A stretch of 64,000 nt of DNA from Tubulanus polymorphus (GCF_964204645.1 NC_134029.1:4340001-4404000), one strand, 5' to 3'. Shown: positions 12,430 through 24,150, numbered from the stretch's first letter. Notes: generated by a model from the sequence alone, not told the origin. Made by a program: numbers and translations.

Positions 12430-13245
12430 TTGAATGATTTCAACTACGGGAATTTATCTTTTATGCAAATCGCACCCTAAAACTTGTTACTTAAATAATT
12501 AGGATTCGAAACGATTTTCAATTCAATAAATATCAAGTGCTTTCGAACCACAATACATGCACACGGCGAACAACGATTTCACTGAGACAAATTTAAAAAC
12601 AAAATAAATCGGTAATTTTGATTTCTATCAAACAATGCAACACCAGGTCCTTTTGGAGACCCGGAATTTCTTTTTACCAAATCAAACCAGAGAGTGAATA
12701 AATTCAGAATACATCGATATTTACCCTAATGATATTACAATATTGAAAAATCGGGTTAAGCCCGTTTCAATCGATTAAACACTACTATAACACCAGGCTC
12801 TTGTTTGGGGGAAAGCATTCAGCTATTCCCGCAAATAATGTCGGTTAAGCCTTTGAAAGATCTTATCAATAAATACAAATCCTCGAATGCATTTAGCTCA
12901 ACAGCCGGCCATATTTCTACCATCTATATGTATATAATACCAAATATACATAAATCGTATTTTGATACGTATATCGTTAAGAGATACACTTTGCTTTCCT
13001 CCTTATAATTGTTGTTAGGGTTTTCTGCTTTTTCACAGAATAACTAATGTTGCTTTCCGTCGGAATAAAAATGATGATGATAATCACTATTAATCATGAT
13101 CATTAGTAATGATAATGATAATAGTAATCATTTATGATTTCATTTCCCCTTTTCAAGCACCCCAAAAGTCAATTAAAAACCTAAGGCTCCTAAACTGCTA
13201 GATGGATTTCTACCCCATCTTCTAGGATTTTACTTTAAGCCCAAT
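12430..13245. repeat. Direct duplication of upstream/promoter region, paralogous to about 4620-5270
   Basis: Shared strings such as gtttcaatcgattaaacactactataacaccaggctcttgtttgggggaaagcattcagctattcc at about 4956 and about 12764. Confidence 0.85.
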
Positions 13246-13628
13246 ACCTAATAAAGCAAACCGATAGGTGTCAACGTGATGGCTCCATGTAAACAATTTG
13301 AGGCCAAGCTCCATAATTACACGTATTGTGACAATTATCTTTAGTGGCTTGGATCATGGACGTATAAATTTTGAAAAAATTCGGACATCTAAAGCAAGCA
13401 TTCAAAACAAACAAGGGCCTGGTGTTAGTATGTGTTCAAAAGATGGCAATGAGCTTAACCGATTTAGACCCGGATCGATGTAGATCTAGATTCATTCTGA
13501 ATGTGCTAGCCTAGTTTTTAAGGTTTTCCGGTCTTTAAAAGGGCCGGGTGTTACATTGTTCGATAGAAAATCACTTTCTGTTGATCCAATAATCGTTATT
13601 CAGAAGCATAAGTATGAGGGTCCGATTC

Positions 13629-13667
13629 GCATAAAAGAAGTTGAAATTATTTGAAATCATTCGATAG
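13629..13667 (+). promoter_or_regulatory. Putative core promoter of the pseudo-astacin genes (CATAAAA TATA-like box plus TCATTC initiator-like motif)
   Basis: gcataaaag about 28 nt upstream of tcattc, which lies just before the ATG. The same arrangement is conserved in copies A, B, D and E. Confidence 0.5.
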
Positions 13668-15903
13668 ATGAAGATGGAATCTGTCCACGTTTTCGCCGCC
13701 GTGCTCGCTCTGTTCTGCGTTTATCAGGTATTTTCAAATGATTATATTATTCTGGTACCGTAGCCACTAGGGCATGGACTATTTCCACCTTGTGACAAAT
13801 TCTATGTGCTTGTCTTTCCTCCTCCAGCATTTGTTTGTTTTGAATGCTTGCATGCTTGCTTGCTTGCGATTTTTTTCAAAATGGCTAAGCATTCGGATAT
13901 GTTTGGAGTAACCCTTTCTCCTTCTCAACGAGTTCTTGCATTTTATTAATTCTAATATATTCAGATCTAAGCTATTGTTTTTTTTTCTATATAATATATG
14001 ATTTCTAAGTATAAATATTATTAGTTAAATAAATTATATAAATTTCAGTAATGTTCTGTGCATTTTGAAATGAACTTAGTATTTCAAACCGCCATCCGTT
14101 CTGATATATTCAAAAATAAAGTGATCTCTACTTTTTGCTCTCGCTGAATTTGCGTGATGATGATAAGTAAAATTAAGTGCAACTATATTCATGTTTAATG
14201 GCAAGTTAAACAAATTATACAAGTTTCACTAATTATCAAAGCATTTCGAAATGACCTATGTATTTCTAAACAGTCAATTCCGTGCTGATGTATTGAAAAA
14301 TGAATGACCTGTAATTTGCGTAATGATGATAAGAATTAGAATAAAGTGCAACTATATATTCATAGGTTTCTGGCTATAATCCTGATGCCAGACAGAAGCT
14401 GTGGGGCGATGCCTCTCGAGTTGAGTATATCCTTGAGGGTGAATTCTGTAAGTGTTTGAAGAAAATGTATAGTTGTTTGCATTCATTGGTTTCTGTAAAA
14501 TGATATCGTATATATTTTGGGGATATTCCTTCCTTCCTGTCATTTGATTGAAATATGATCCCGTGTTTTACCTTCTAGCGGAAGCGAATGTGACCGATCT
14601 GAAAAGGCGATTAAACGGTTTCAAAAAGCTAATCGGTAAAATACAGGACAGCACGAAATCTTGCATCGGTTTCAGGCCGAAATCTGAAAAGCGGACTCCA
14701 AAAAACAGTTTCATCACATTTAAAATGTCAAGGTTAGTATTTTTGTTTTCTATATCATAGATAGACTTATAACAAAATGTCTTAGATTTTGCATTCAAAA
14801 AAATCTTCCATTAACGTCAACATACAGATCAAAGGAACTTAGATTCAATCCTCCATTTTCAGTACCTACTGTGGGTCGTATTACAGTGGAAATGCCGGCA
14901 GTAGATTTAACGAAATTCGTCTCACGTCCACCTACAAAGGCCCGTGTAATTTACTGAAAGACCAGGATGGCTTCAACAGCGCTATGTTCAAACGACTTGG
15001 ACTGATGAAACAGACTAATAGACCGATACGGGATACATTTGTTGACACGAGCATGAAGGGCTGGGTAAATTGTACGTAATTTTAGATGTATTGCATAACG
15101 TCTATCTCAAGCATACGCAGGAACGAAATTTACTGGTTGCATAGTGATAAGCATTTCACCTAAGCCTAACGTCGTTTCGTTATCAGTTGGTCTCCGAAAT
15201 ATCAAGGAATAGCCTCATAATCCATAAAAATACCTTATTGGCGAAAGTCTAATAAAAAAACATATCATTTGAAATTTTACCTATTAACCTACCATATTGT
15301 AGGCATAGTGATAGACATTAAACCTGTTAGGCCTAACGATCTTTCTTGCATATGACAGATGATCTTCAAAATATAAAAACTAATCTACCATTACGTAGGT
15401 AGCGGAGCTCAAAAACTGATGGCGAAGTTCCCAGACGACAGCTTTTACTTCAATACTCCGTATAACATAATGTCCGCTTTGAGAGTTTACACGAAGAAGA
15501 ATTTTGTCCTAAAGGAAAATATCGTTGAGAAAGTCAACACAAAACTGACCGAACTCGGCGAAAAGGAGCCTGATATTGTCGCTATGTACAGACAAAAACC
15601 TTCATCAAGTTATTTCGATATCGTGAACATTCGTCAAGCTTACTGTCAAGACAAAGAATGGCAAAGTAAATTTTTTGCACTATCTTCGAAATGTTTACTG
15701 GTCGAGATAATTTCTATATACATAGTATCAATAGCCATAGTTGAATGTATTGTAAAACGTTTGTTTTGATGGTTAAGTGAATGGATATTTCATATTTTAT
15801 CACAGATAATCCTACTGCTCTAAATCACATGGTCTGCATCATGGAAGACTGCGAAGATCCTGGCTCAGACAAATTCAACTACAAGGACTGGGTTGCATTC
15901 TAA
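13668..15903 (+). CDS. Secreted astacin-fold pseudo-protease, copy C (exons 13668-13727, 14366-14447, 14579-14732, 14863-15071, 15399-15665, 15806-15903; 289 aa)
   Basis: Six GT-AG exons sum to 870 nt with no internal stop: signal peptide MKMESVHVFAAVLALFCVYQVSG, then LWGDASRVEYILEGEFS...SCIGFRPK..FITF..YCGSY..GPC..SAMFKRLGLMKQTNRPIRD..PYNIMSAL..DIVNIRQAYC, then a short Cys-containing tail. Confidence 0.85.
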
Positions 15904-16149
15904 ATAATCTTCCGCAATTTACCATTTGATTGTACGGAATTTGAATTTAAAGATAAGAATTTGAGACCATCGATTCCGACGATATCAACTACAAGAAGTT
16001 TTGACGACGGTTGCTTTCTAATTGATCGCTGTGCACAATCATTTGCAGTTAAATTGTACGTCCTTTGAATTCAGATAGAATAAAGTTTTGAAAGCGTTTA
16101 AATCCTTAAAAATGTTATGATTGTGTGATAATGATAATGTTTTATACAC

Positions 16150-17010
16150 GATTCTCATTGGGTCTTAGTGGTATGGATCCACACAGCGCGCGAAACAGAA
16201 TTGAGCTGGAAGTACTAATTAAAAATTGCTATCAACGCTGACTTCGACACGTGCGCACACACAAGCAAACTTGTAGCTCATATTAACTTTTTTTGGATCT
16301 ATATTTCAGCAAACGTAATAATAATTCACTCTCTAGTAAATGGAAACCACCTTACCCAGCATGCAAGTCACAAACTCAACACCGCAAAAATGGATTTTTG
16401 AAGGACAGAATGAATATCAATTTATCAGTATCGCTTAGACCCAGAAAATTTGTGACGCTTTCAAGTTTTTGGAAAAGCGGATATCTTATGTCCTGGTAAC
16501 CGGGCATTCGAGGAGGTTACAATATCTTTCAGTTGCAATTTGTGGTGGGTGACATCTAATTCGAAACTCAATTATCCTTGAAAAGACATCCATAGGAGAC
16601 ACAGTGGAATCAGCCCTTATTTGTAAACTTTCGAAATCCAACTTATCTACCATCTCCGGCCACATAATCAATTACCGTATTATCTAGAGATATCAACACT
16701 CTCTACTAGATTTTGGTTAATGTCACTTTGTGTCACACTGCTTTCTCCGTCCTCTTCTACCCCCCCCCCCCGTTACATAATTTGTATTCATCCTGAATTT
16801 TGTGGTTTCTACGGGACGGTACCCCCGATTGTTTTCATCTGTCACTTGTTCTGTTTACATTTATTCTGACACATCGCTTTTGTTTATGTCCTGTAAGTTT
16901 ATATGGTGCATACATTACTTCTGTTTTCTGTTCATTCCACCTGATGATGGCCGTTAGCCAACAGTCGAAGCGTTGCAGTTTCGTTTTAATAGATTATTTC
17001 ATATACAATT
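16150..17010 (+). mobile_element. Decayed Penelope-like retroelement 3' end (GIY-YIG C-terminus plus pLTR)
   Basis: A plus-strand frame near 16570-16680 reads SIILEKTSIGDTVESALICKLSKSNLSTISG, resembling the xxESxxI...N..G end of PLE GIY-YIG endonucleases. A hammerhead-like motif follows at 16941-16975. Confidence 0.45.
16937..16980 (+). ncRNA. Degenerate minimal hammerhead ribozyme-like motif
   Basis: CTGATGA-t-[ggccgtt agcc aacagtc]-GAAG-CGTT. Core CUGAUGA is intact, stem II pairs with one mismatch and one GU, and GAAA is changed to GAAG. Confidence 0.45.
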
Positions 17011-19073
17011 CGAATTGTGCGACTTTTTCCGTCAACAACTGTCAACGGGCCCAGTGTGAAGTGTAAAGTCGTATTGGTTTTGCCATTGAATCATCATCAC
17101 ATAATCATGTCTTCCGAACGTGTAAAAGTTTGCCGGTGGACCATGCAGTTGGTGGGATTATTTATTGGGTTGAAAAAAGAAGTACATTGCAAGGATAAAA
17201 CACAGGGGCTCGGATCTGAGTTGTAGGTAGTATAAAAACTGTTGATTAACAGACACTGGATTAACAGATTATCGTTTTTACACTACCTATTTTACAACTC
17301 CATTGGGATCCCTGGGAGAAACTGATTGGACAACAGCAAAGCCCACGGCCCAGTTTCATAAAAAGGTTGAACACTTAAATCGATTTAATTTCTTCATTAA
17401 TTCAGTTTATCTTAAGTCGATTTAGGCCTTTATCCAGGAGTTGCTATATTAAACTCAACAAATTTCAAAATCAATCATATTTATTCTCATACAACAATTA
17501 TACAAAATGCCAGGAGTGCTCGAGGAATTATAATGTAAGCTCCTCAAACACGTGAACTTTCAAAAACAACTAGTCCAACCACCACATAAATGAGAGTTTA
17601 TACGCCCATGGTCCAACCACAGACTCTAAAACAAAAAAGTATGTGGCCCAACCATGGACTCAATTGTCCATGGCCCCCGCACTAAAACCAGAGATAAACC
17701 TGGCCAAATACTCGTAGCGTAGGATTAAGCACTCAATCTGATTTACATTTTTACATCATTTTATTTTCACATATCAAATTATTAACTTTTAGATTATTTT
17801 CTCAAATTTTAATAGTAATCTTATTTCTATTACTATGTATGAAATTGTACTAATTTTAAAACCACAAAAGTTACATGTAAGGCATTTATAAGTCTTTATA
17901 CATGATACATTTCCACTACAGCTGATTTATACAATTTGCATCAATAGGAAAATAACAAAAATACACAAAGAATTGTAAACTTTGATCCATAAAACACCGA
18001 AAATTGGACTAGTCTGAAAGTCTAAGATTATGAATTTGACAATTCATGAGGTCAATATAACCGACACTTTGTTATATTTCATGAAATATGAATCTATCAT
18101 GTCAACTTTTCAAATTACATCTCAATTATCAAGAAAAAGCTCAACTATATTAGATGAGGGCCTTAATGAATCAGTGTTTTATGAACGATTGACATGAACA
18201 TGTCGGTTTATCCCCACAACAATAATCATACCTAAATGACAGGTATTTATGTACTTGAAGAAGTGCCTCAGTCATTTACAAAAACATGACCTGTATCTAA
18301 AAAGAAGTCTCCAATATAAAAACATTAAAACCAGAGATGAAACACAAATTCAAACTGGAAAGCTTATAATTAACTAAACAGTCTTTGATTTAATTTTCAT
18401 CAACTTTATTTTACAAGATAACTAGATTTTTGCCACCTTTGCTCAGACATGATCAAATTGGTTATTTTCTCACATGTTACATTTAATACAATGTATTTTA
18501 GAGGTATCCTCTTATAGGCAATCAACAAGATAACATTGTTCACCTGTCAATTTGAATACAGCTAGCGGCGTACAAGTTCTACCAATCTACTAATTAACAC
18601 TTCATATATCCTCATTTATCAGGAGACTGCTCCTCTATTTTCCATAAAGACCTTAATAAAAATAGTATTTTATGAACCACTGAAAAGCACCACAGTGAAA
18701 AAGTTGCCCACTCGATGCAAGGGATGAATGTGTCACAATCGCATTGCTCATGTAGGACAAGTTGATTTTTGAGGGTCAAGTGATATTATAAATATGCTTG
18801 CCCAAAGGTCAAGTGGCATTTATTCCTTAGATCAAACCCTGCAAACAATCATAAAGGTTTGTCTTTGTGACAATTCAAGATAAATCGAGTATCTTCAAAC
18901 AAATATGGTTTGACTGACAAAGCTACAGTAACTTCTTAATTATATTATTCAACTTGATAGTAGGTACAAATACAACTCTATATAAACATCAGAAATTCTT
19001 CGAGTCCAGATATTACAGGCCCCACACAGACACGGTTAAACCGATAATCAAAACCAAGCTAGGACAATTGACC

Positions 19074-19532
19074 AATAAAGAAGTTTCCAGTTTCTAGGCG
19101 CCATTTTGTGGCGGTCCCTCGAGGTCCCCATTGTTGCGATGATTTGCGCTAATTTTTAAAACATAAGTTTAGATTGAATATCATATAGTTCTTCAGCCCC
19201 TTGCTCGATGAACTTAAGTTATACAGCATTTTAAAGGAATTGAAATGCAGATATTTGCTGGCGATTCTTGGAATTTTTGAACGCGGTCCTTGGTTTCACA
19301 TCGTCACTGTTCTCAATTGTTGCGTTCAAAAATTCCAAGAATCACCAGCAAATATCTGCATTTCATTTCCTTTAAAATGGTGTATAAATTGATTTCGTCG
19401 AGCAAGGGACTGCAGAACTATATGATATTCAATCTAAACTTATGTTTTAAAAATGAGCGCAAATTATCGCAACAATCGGGACCTCGAGGGACCGCCACAA
19501 AATGGCGCCTAGAAACTGGAAACTTCTTTATT
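19074..19532. mobile_element. Foldback MITE with about 210-bp terminal inverted repeats and about 37-bp spacer
   Basis: aataaagaagtttccagtttctaggcgccattttgtggcggtccctcgaggtccc... is mirrored by ...gggacctcgagggaccgccacaaaatggcgcctagaaactggaaacttctttatt, with scattered mismatches. Confidence 0.85.
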
Positions 19533-20155
19533 AGCATTGTATCCTAAAGCTATCAAGAAACTGCTGCTATTTTCGACAGGCCCTTAATTAAATCAGTATT
19601 TCATGAACCACTGAAAAGCACCAAAGTGAAATTGTTGCTATAAAACTTAACAACTGAAAAGTTTCAACATGAATGATGAAAATGTACATCGTTTTATTCA
19701 CACAACAATAATATCTTAATCGAGGAATCATCATGCAAGTTCCTAATTTACAAACATGCAAACGGTGTCACAATAACAATCTCCACCATAAATCATTAAA
19801 ACTAGAGATGAGACGCTCAGATTCACTTTGGAAATCTTAGTATCAATAATCAGTCTTAATGACATTTTCATTAACATTACTTTCACTAGAAAACTAGAAT
19901 TTTGCCAACTTTGCCCTGACTTCCATACACCTTGACATTACAAACTAAGTATTCTGACGTTTTTTCTTCCAGCTTTGAAAAGATCAACGTAATAATACAA
20001 TCAGTAACTAATCAATAACATCAATAACTAAGTTTATAGCTGTTCAATATTCTTTTAAAAAAGCAAAAAGTATTTACCAGATTTTAGACAGTAAGTCTAC
20101 CCCAGTATAACAATAAACAGTCACAGCAGTGATTGAGCGCGGCTATAGGACGGTC

Positions 20156-20302
20156 GATCTTTCATAACAGTTATTCAAAGCATTCTATCATATCAGTTAT
20201 TTTTTTAAGTGTGATCGGTTTAGTTAAGGTTTATGGTTATTTGTTTTGTTCATTACAATAACTGAGTTGATAGAATGCTTTGAATAACAACAGAAAAGAT
20301 CT
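20156..20302. mobile_element. Short inverted-repeat element (MITE-like)
   Basis: gttattcaaagcattctatca ... tgatagaatgctttgaataac is a perfect 21-bp inverted pair, with further imperfect pairing on either side. Confidence 0.65.
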
Positions 20303-21579
20303 CGGGTTTTCGCTATACTTAGGGAAGGTTGTTCGATAAATGAAGAACCTTGTTGATAAATATTTGAAAAAAGGCCTTTTCATGTAAATAGAATATTAAT
20401 TTATTGTTTGTTTGTATTGTTGTTTATTCTATCTATTATTTATTTTTATTTTTTATTTTTTAGAATTGATTTATGTACTTGTATTTTGTAGTTATGTATT
20501 ATCTATACTCCTCTATTTACAACAACTGCAGGCATTTTTTCACTGTTAAGTCCTGGGGCCCATTTTAAAAAAGCGCTACCGATTCACTGCCACTCCTTAA
20601 TAATCATTATACACCCGATTTGAAGCTAAATGATTATTCACGAGAGCCATCTTGTGATATGGATTTACCCATTACAATTAAAGAAGTTCAAACAGCTATA
20701 AACAATGTTAAAACGTTCAAAATTAGTCCTAGCTATAACTTTAAACCTAGTTATCTCTAGCTTTACCTCTCAAATGTAATAATGGTCTTCTTTCAGATAA
20801 AGCTTTAGTTTTCAAATACGTAGCTATGATCATCAAACAGATAGATGGAGGCTTAAAAGTCAATGTGAAAATCGAAATCTCCGATTTCAAATATGTCAAA
20901 TTGGTTACATGGGCCTTCCGAATATATCAATACCATCAAATTAGTACATCTACAATTCATCAAATACACATGTAATTAATATTTGTACATCAACACTGGT
21001 CTAACTTATGTTCTATGTTTCCTAACTATGTGATATCTACACTGACAATTAGCCACAGTTGACTATGTTTAGCTATGGTAAGTTTGAAGATTAAACTCAC
21101 AATTCATGTTGAAACTATATCTCAGTTTAGGAGTTAACTCAACAGACCTACAAATCCAAACTAGGCACTCGCGCGACCATTTACTCCTAGTGACTAACCT
21201 AACTTGACTTATCTATCGACCAAGGATCGAAGACCAAAATCGTGAATTAATGGAGTTTAGCTTTTATTAGACTCTCACATTGCATAAAACATTATCAAAT
21301 AGTTTCCTCGAAAATACTATATTATCCATCAGTCTGGTTTGAACGTAAGTAACAAAATCAATACTTTACTACAGAAGTCCGCTTTTGTCTTCACCGCTCC
21401 TGGATCTAGTGTTTATAGGATGCACTATTGTTTATGCTGCTCCTAATAAGATACACTATTGTCTTTGCTGCTTTTATAACAGTGTTTATCCTGAATCAGT
21501 GTTTATGAGATAATCCATTAGCTTTGTCGCTTGAATCAGTGTTTAAAAGATTCACTATTGTCGATAAAATGTTTTATAG

Positions 21580-23520
21580 AAATCAACCACTGAATGTAGA
21601 AGAATCCATCGTTGAGAGATTAATCCGTTGCTGGCCCCTCAACTTTTCATCTGGGCTTCTGCAGTTTTCATCAGCAAATGGGTCGATCAGTATTCATCTA
21701 GTTGTGAGTGTCTTCTTCAGGCCATTATTGCCGAGATGTAGTCTGGCTGAAACAAAGTAAAAAAAGCAAAACATTTCAGACAGATTTATCATAATTTACA
21801 TGTCATTTAAAATTACAAGCCACCGTCTTTTTCACAAAGTAAAATTCATTGACGTCAATTGCCAATTTAAACCCCAATAATTAATTGCAGTAGTAGGACT
21901 AGTTCATCACTGTTTAACACTAGTGATGATTAATGTTTAAAGATAAAAGTTCAGCCATGTGGACTGGTAAATAGATTTTGATGATAGTCACTTATCAAAT
22001 GATATTCATATGAGGACTGAAATTTCTATATACTGGTAATTTCATGTATATCAACTTACCTTTTAAGATTGCTGAGTTAAGTTCTGGCCTCTTCTGTGCG
22101 CCATTCCAGTTTGTAAATTTTGCATGAGTGTTTGATCTCAAGCTGGGTTTTTTTCTGATAGTTGAAATTTAGCTGCAATGATTAAAAGAAGATATCCTGT
22201 AATGACAAATTATTTCCTTTTAGAATTCATCATAATTATTTCCATAAAAAATCAACTTACATTTCAAGTTTGCTGGTTCCGTATTGGTTAAAATGTTCTT
22301 AGTTCTTGATGCATTTGATTTAAGCTTCGATTTTTTCCGAGGGCCGTTCTAATCGGTAGATTTTTGATGAATTGTTGATCTCAAGCTCGGCAGTTTGATA
22401 GGATTTTGCTAAAATGAATCAAAAAAGATATCATGTAATCACAAAAAATATCATTTAGAATGAATCGAAATAATTCCATCTATAATAAGTTACTTTTATG
22501 ATTGCTTGGTTTATTATCAGCGTGGATCATTGGTTGATGAGTTTGATCCTATTTGGCCTCCTGTTTGATGTTCCAGTTGGTTGATTTTGATGATGAGTAG
22601 TTGATCTCAAGCTGGGTTTTTTCTTATAGTTAAAATTGAGCTACAATGATTAAAGGAAGATATCCTGTAATAACAAAATATTTCATTTAGAATTTATCGC
22701 AATAATTCCATATATATTAAGTAACCTTTTGTGATTGCCGGGTTCATTATCGGCGAGGGTCTCCCAAGTTGGTTGTCTAATTTTAGATAATTTTTGTCGT
22801 TTTTTCTGTGTAATTAGTCCGAAAGTTTACAAGGTAGAAGACAATTTTGTCTAATTTTAAATTTTTTTGTAGTTTTCTCCGTGTAAAGTTTTTTCAAAAT
22901 CGGAAATCGAAGTACAGATATAGTTGTGTGATCAGCGGTCGATTTTACATAATTTTTTTTCGAAATCGATGTACTTCTTTGTCTTCTTGGGTTTCGTCGA
23001 AGCTGAAATGAATAAAAGAACAACATTGTGTAGTCAAACAATTCTTCATTAATCCTTATTTACATGTATATCAACTTAACTTTCAAGATTGCAGAGTTCA
23101 GCAGTGACTAGGATTTTCTTTTCACTTCTATGTCTTCTTGGGTTTCGTCGAAGCTGAAATTGAGTAAAAGAAAAACATTCTGTAGTCAGACGTTTCTTCA
23201 TCATTAATCCTAATTAACATTGGTATCAACTTAACTTTCAAGATTGCCGAGATGAGTATTTTTTTCGGCATCTTCTGTAGTCGCCTTCTAGCATCTTCTT
23301 CTTCTTCAACTTCTTGGGAGTCCTAAAATGAAAAAAAAGAGAAGAGCGATGAAAACCTTGTATGGAACAAAACTAATGTCCGAAAGCTTTTCAGCTCTCC
23401 ATCGCCGGTCACATGCAGAGAACACCAGACAATGAGCCAGCCAGGAATATACTGCCCCCTACTCGCCCTCACTCAGAACGCGAAAACCAGGATGATGATG
23501 CCTTACTTTCACCATTTACC
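21580..23520 (-). ncRNA. Putative multi-exon transcript built from duplicated exon-intron modules, probably non-coding
   Basis: Regularly spaced minus-strand acceptors (tttcag, ttttag, ttgcag) and donors (gtaagt, gttaag) flank purine-rich 70-150 nt blocks. Modules at about 22060-22250 / 22495-22700 and 22975-23090 / 23125-23250 are paralogous. No long spliced ORF found by eye. Confidence 0.4.
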
Positions 23521-23602
23521 GATAGGGTATGCCGGGTGACGTCAGTAACTGGCAAACCTGCAAGTTTGCTTGAGACAAAAATAGAGTAGCGCAACTGCAT
23601 TG

Positions 23603-23922
23603 CCCGAACTAGCACTCAAAGGAAGACAAGACTTATCCCTGCCCGAAGCAACCCACGCGGAATCAATGAATACTAACATTCAAAGGAAGACAGGGAAATT
23701 AATCCCTGCCCGAAGCAATTCCTTAAAAGGAATCAATGAATGCTAGCACACAAGCGATCCCACAGTGAATCAATGAATCCTAGCACGCAAAGGAAGACAG
23801 GGAAATTAATCCCTGCCCGAAGCAATCCCTTAAAAGGAATCAATGAATGCTAGAACACAAAGGAAGACAAGACTAAATCTTTGCCCGAAGCAATTCCTGA
23901 AAAGGAATCAATGAATACTAGT
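23603..23922. repeat. About 70-bp minisatellite, about 4.5 units, with internal hairpins
   Basis: Unit aaaggaagacagggaaattaatccctgcccgaagcaattccttaaaaggaatcaatgaatgctagcacac repeated with variants. Confidence 0.85.
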
Positions 23923-23992
23923 AGACAGTCCAGCTTTACCACTCCATTTTTACAGCAAACAATCTGACAATTCTGCTCGTCATTGATGTCAC

Positions 23993-24150
23993 CTAGCACA
24001 CTCTGTTGATAGGTGGGGAGAGTAAGGCCTCGTCATCCTGGTTTTCGTGTTCCGTATGAGGGCGTGTAGAGGGCAGCCATTTCCTGACCGACTCTTTGTC
24101 TGGCATCCTCGACATGTGACCGGCAAAGGAGAGCTGGCGCTTTCGGACAT
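23993..24150 (-). mobile_element. Fragment of non-LTR retrotransposon ORF2 C-terminus (RTE-like)
   Basis: VRKRQLSFAGHMSRMPDKESVRKWL matches the RxLxxxGHxxR motif at the end of RTE-clade reverse transcriptase ORFs. Confidence 0.55.

Noticed and set aside
14548-14760. Stand-alone small ORFs (MKYDPVFY..., MAKFPDD..., MCNQFPK...)
   Set aside because: They are exons of the pseudo-astacin genes read through into introns; several of the listed starts are TTG or intronic.
19201-19547. ORFs inside the foldback element
   Set aside because: They lie within inverted-repeat arms and show no transposase or other motifs.
23603-23922. CRISPR-like array
   Set aside because: Eukaryotic context, no unique spacers and no cas genes; it is a minisatellite.
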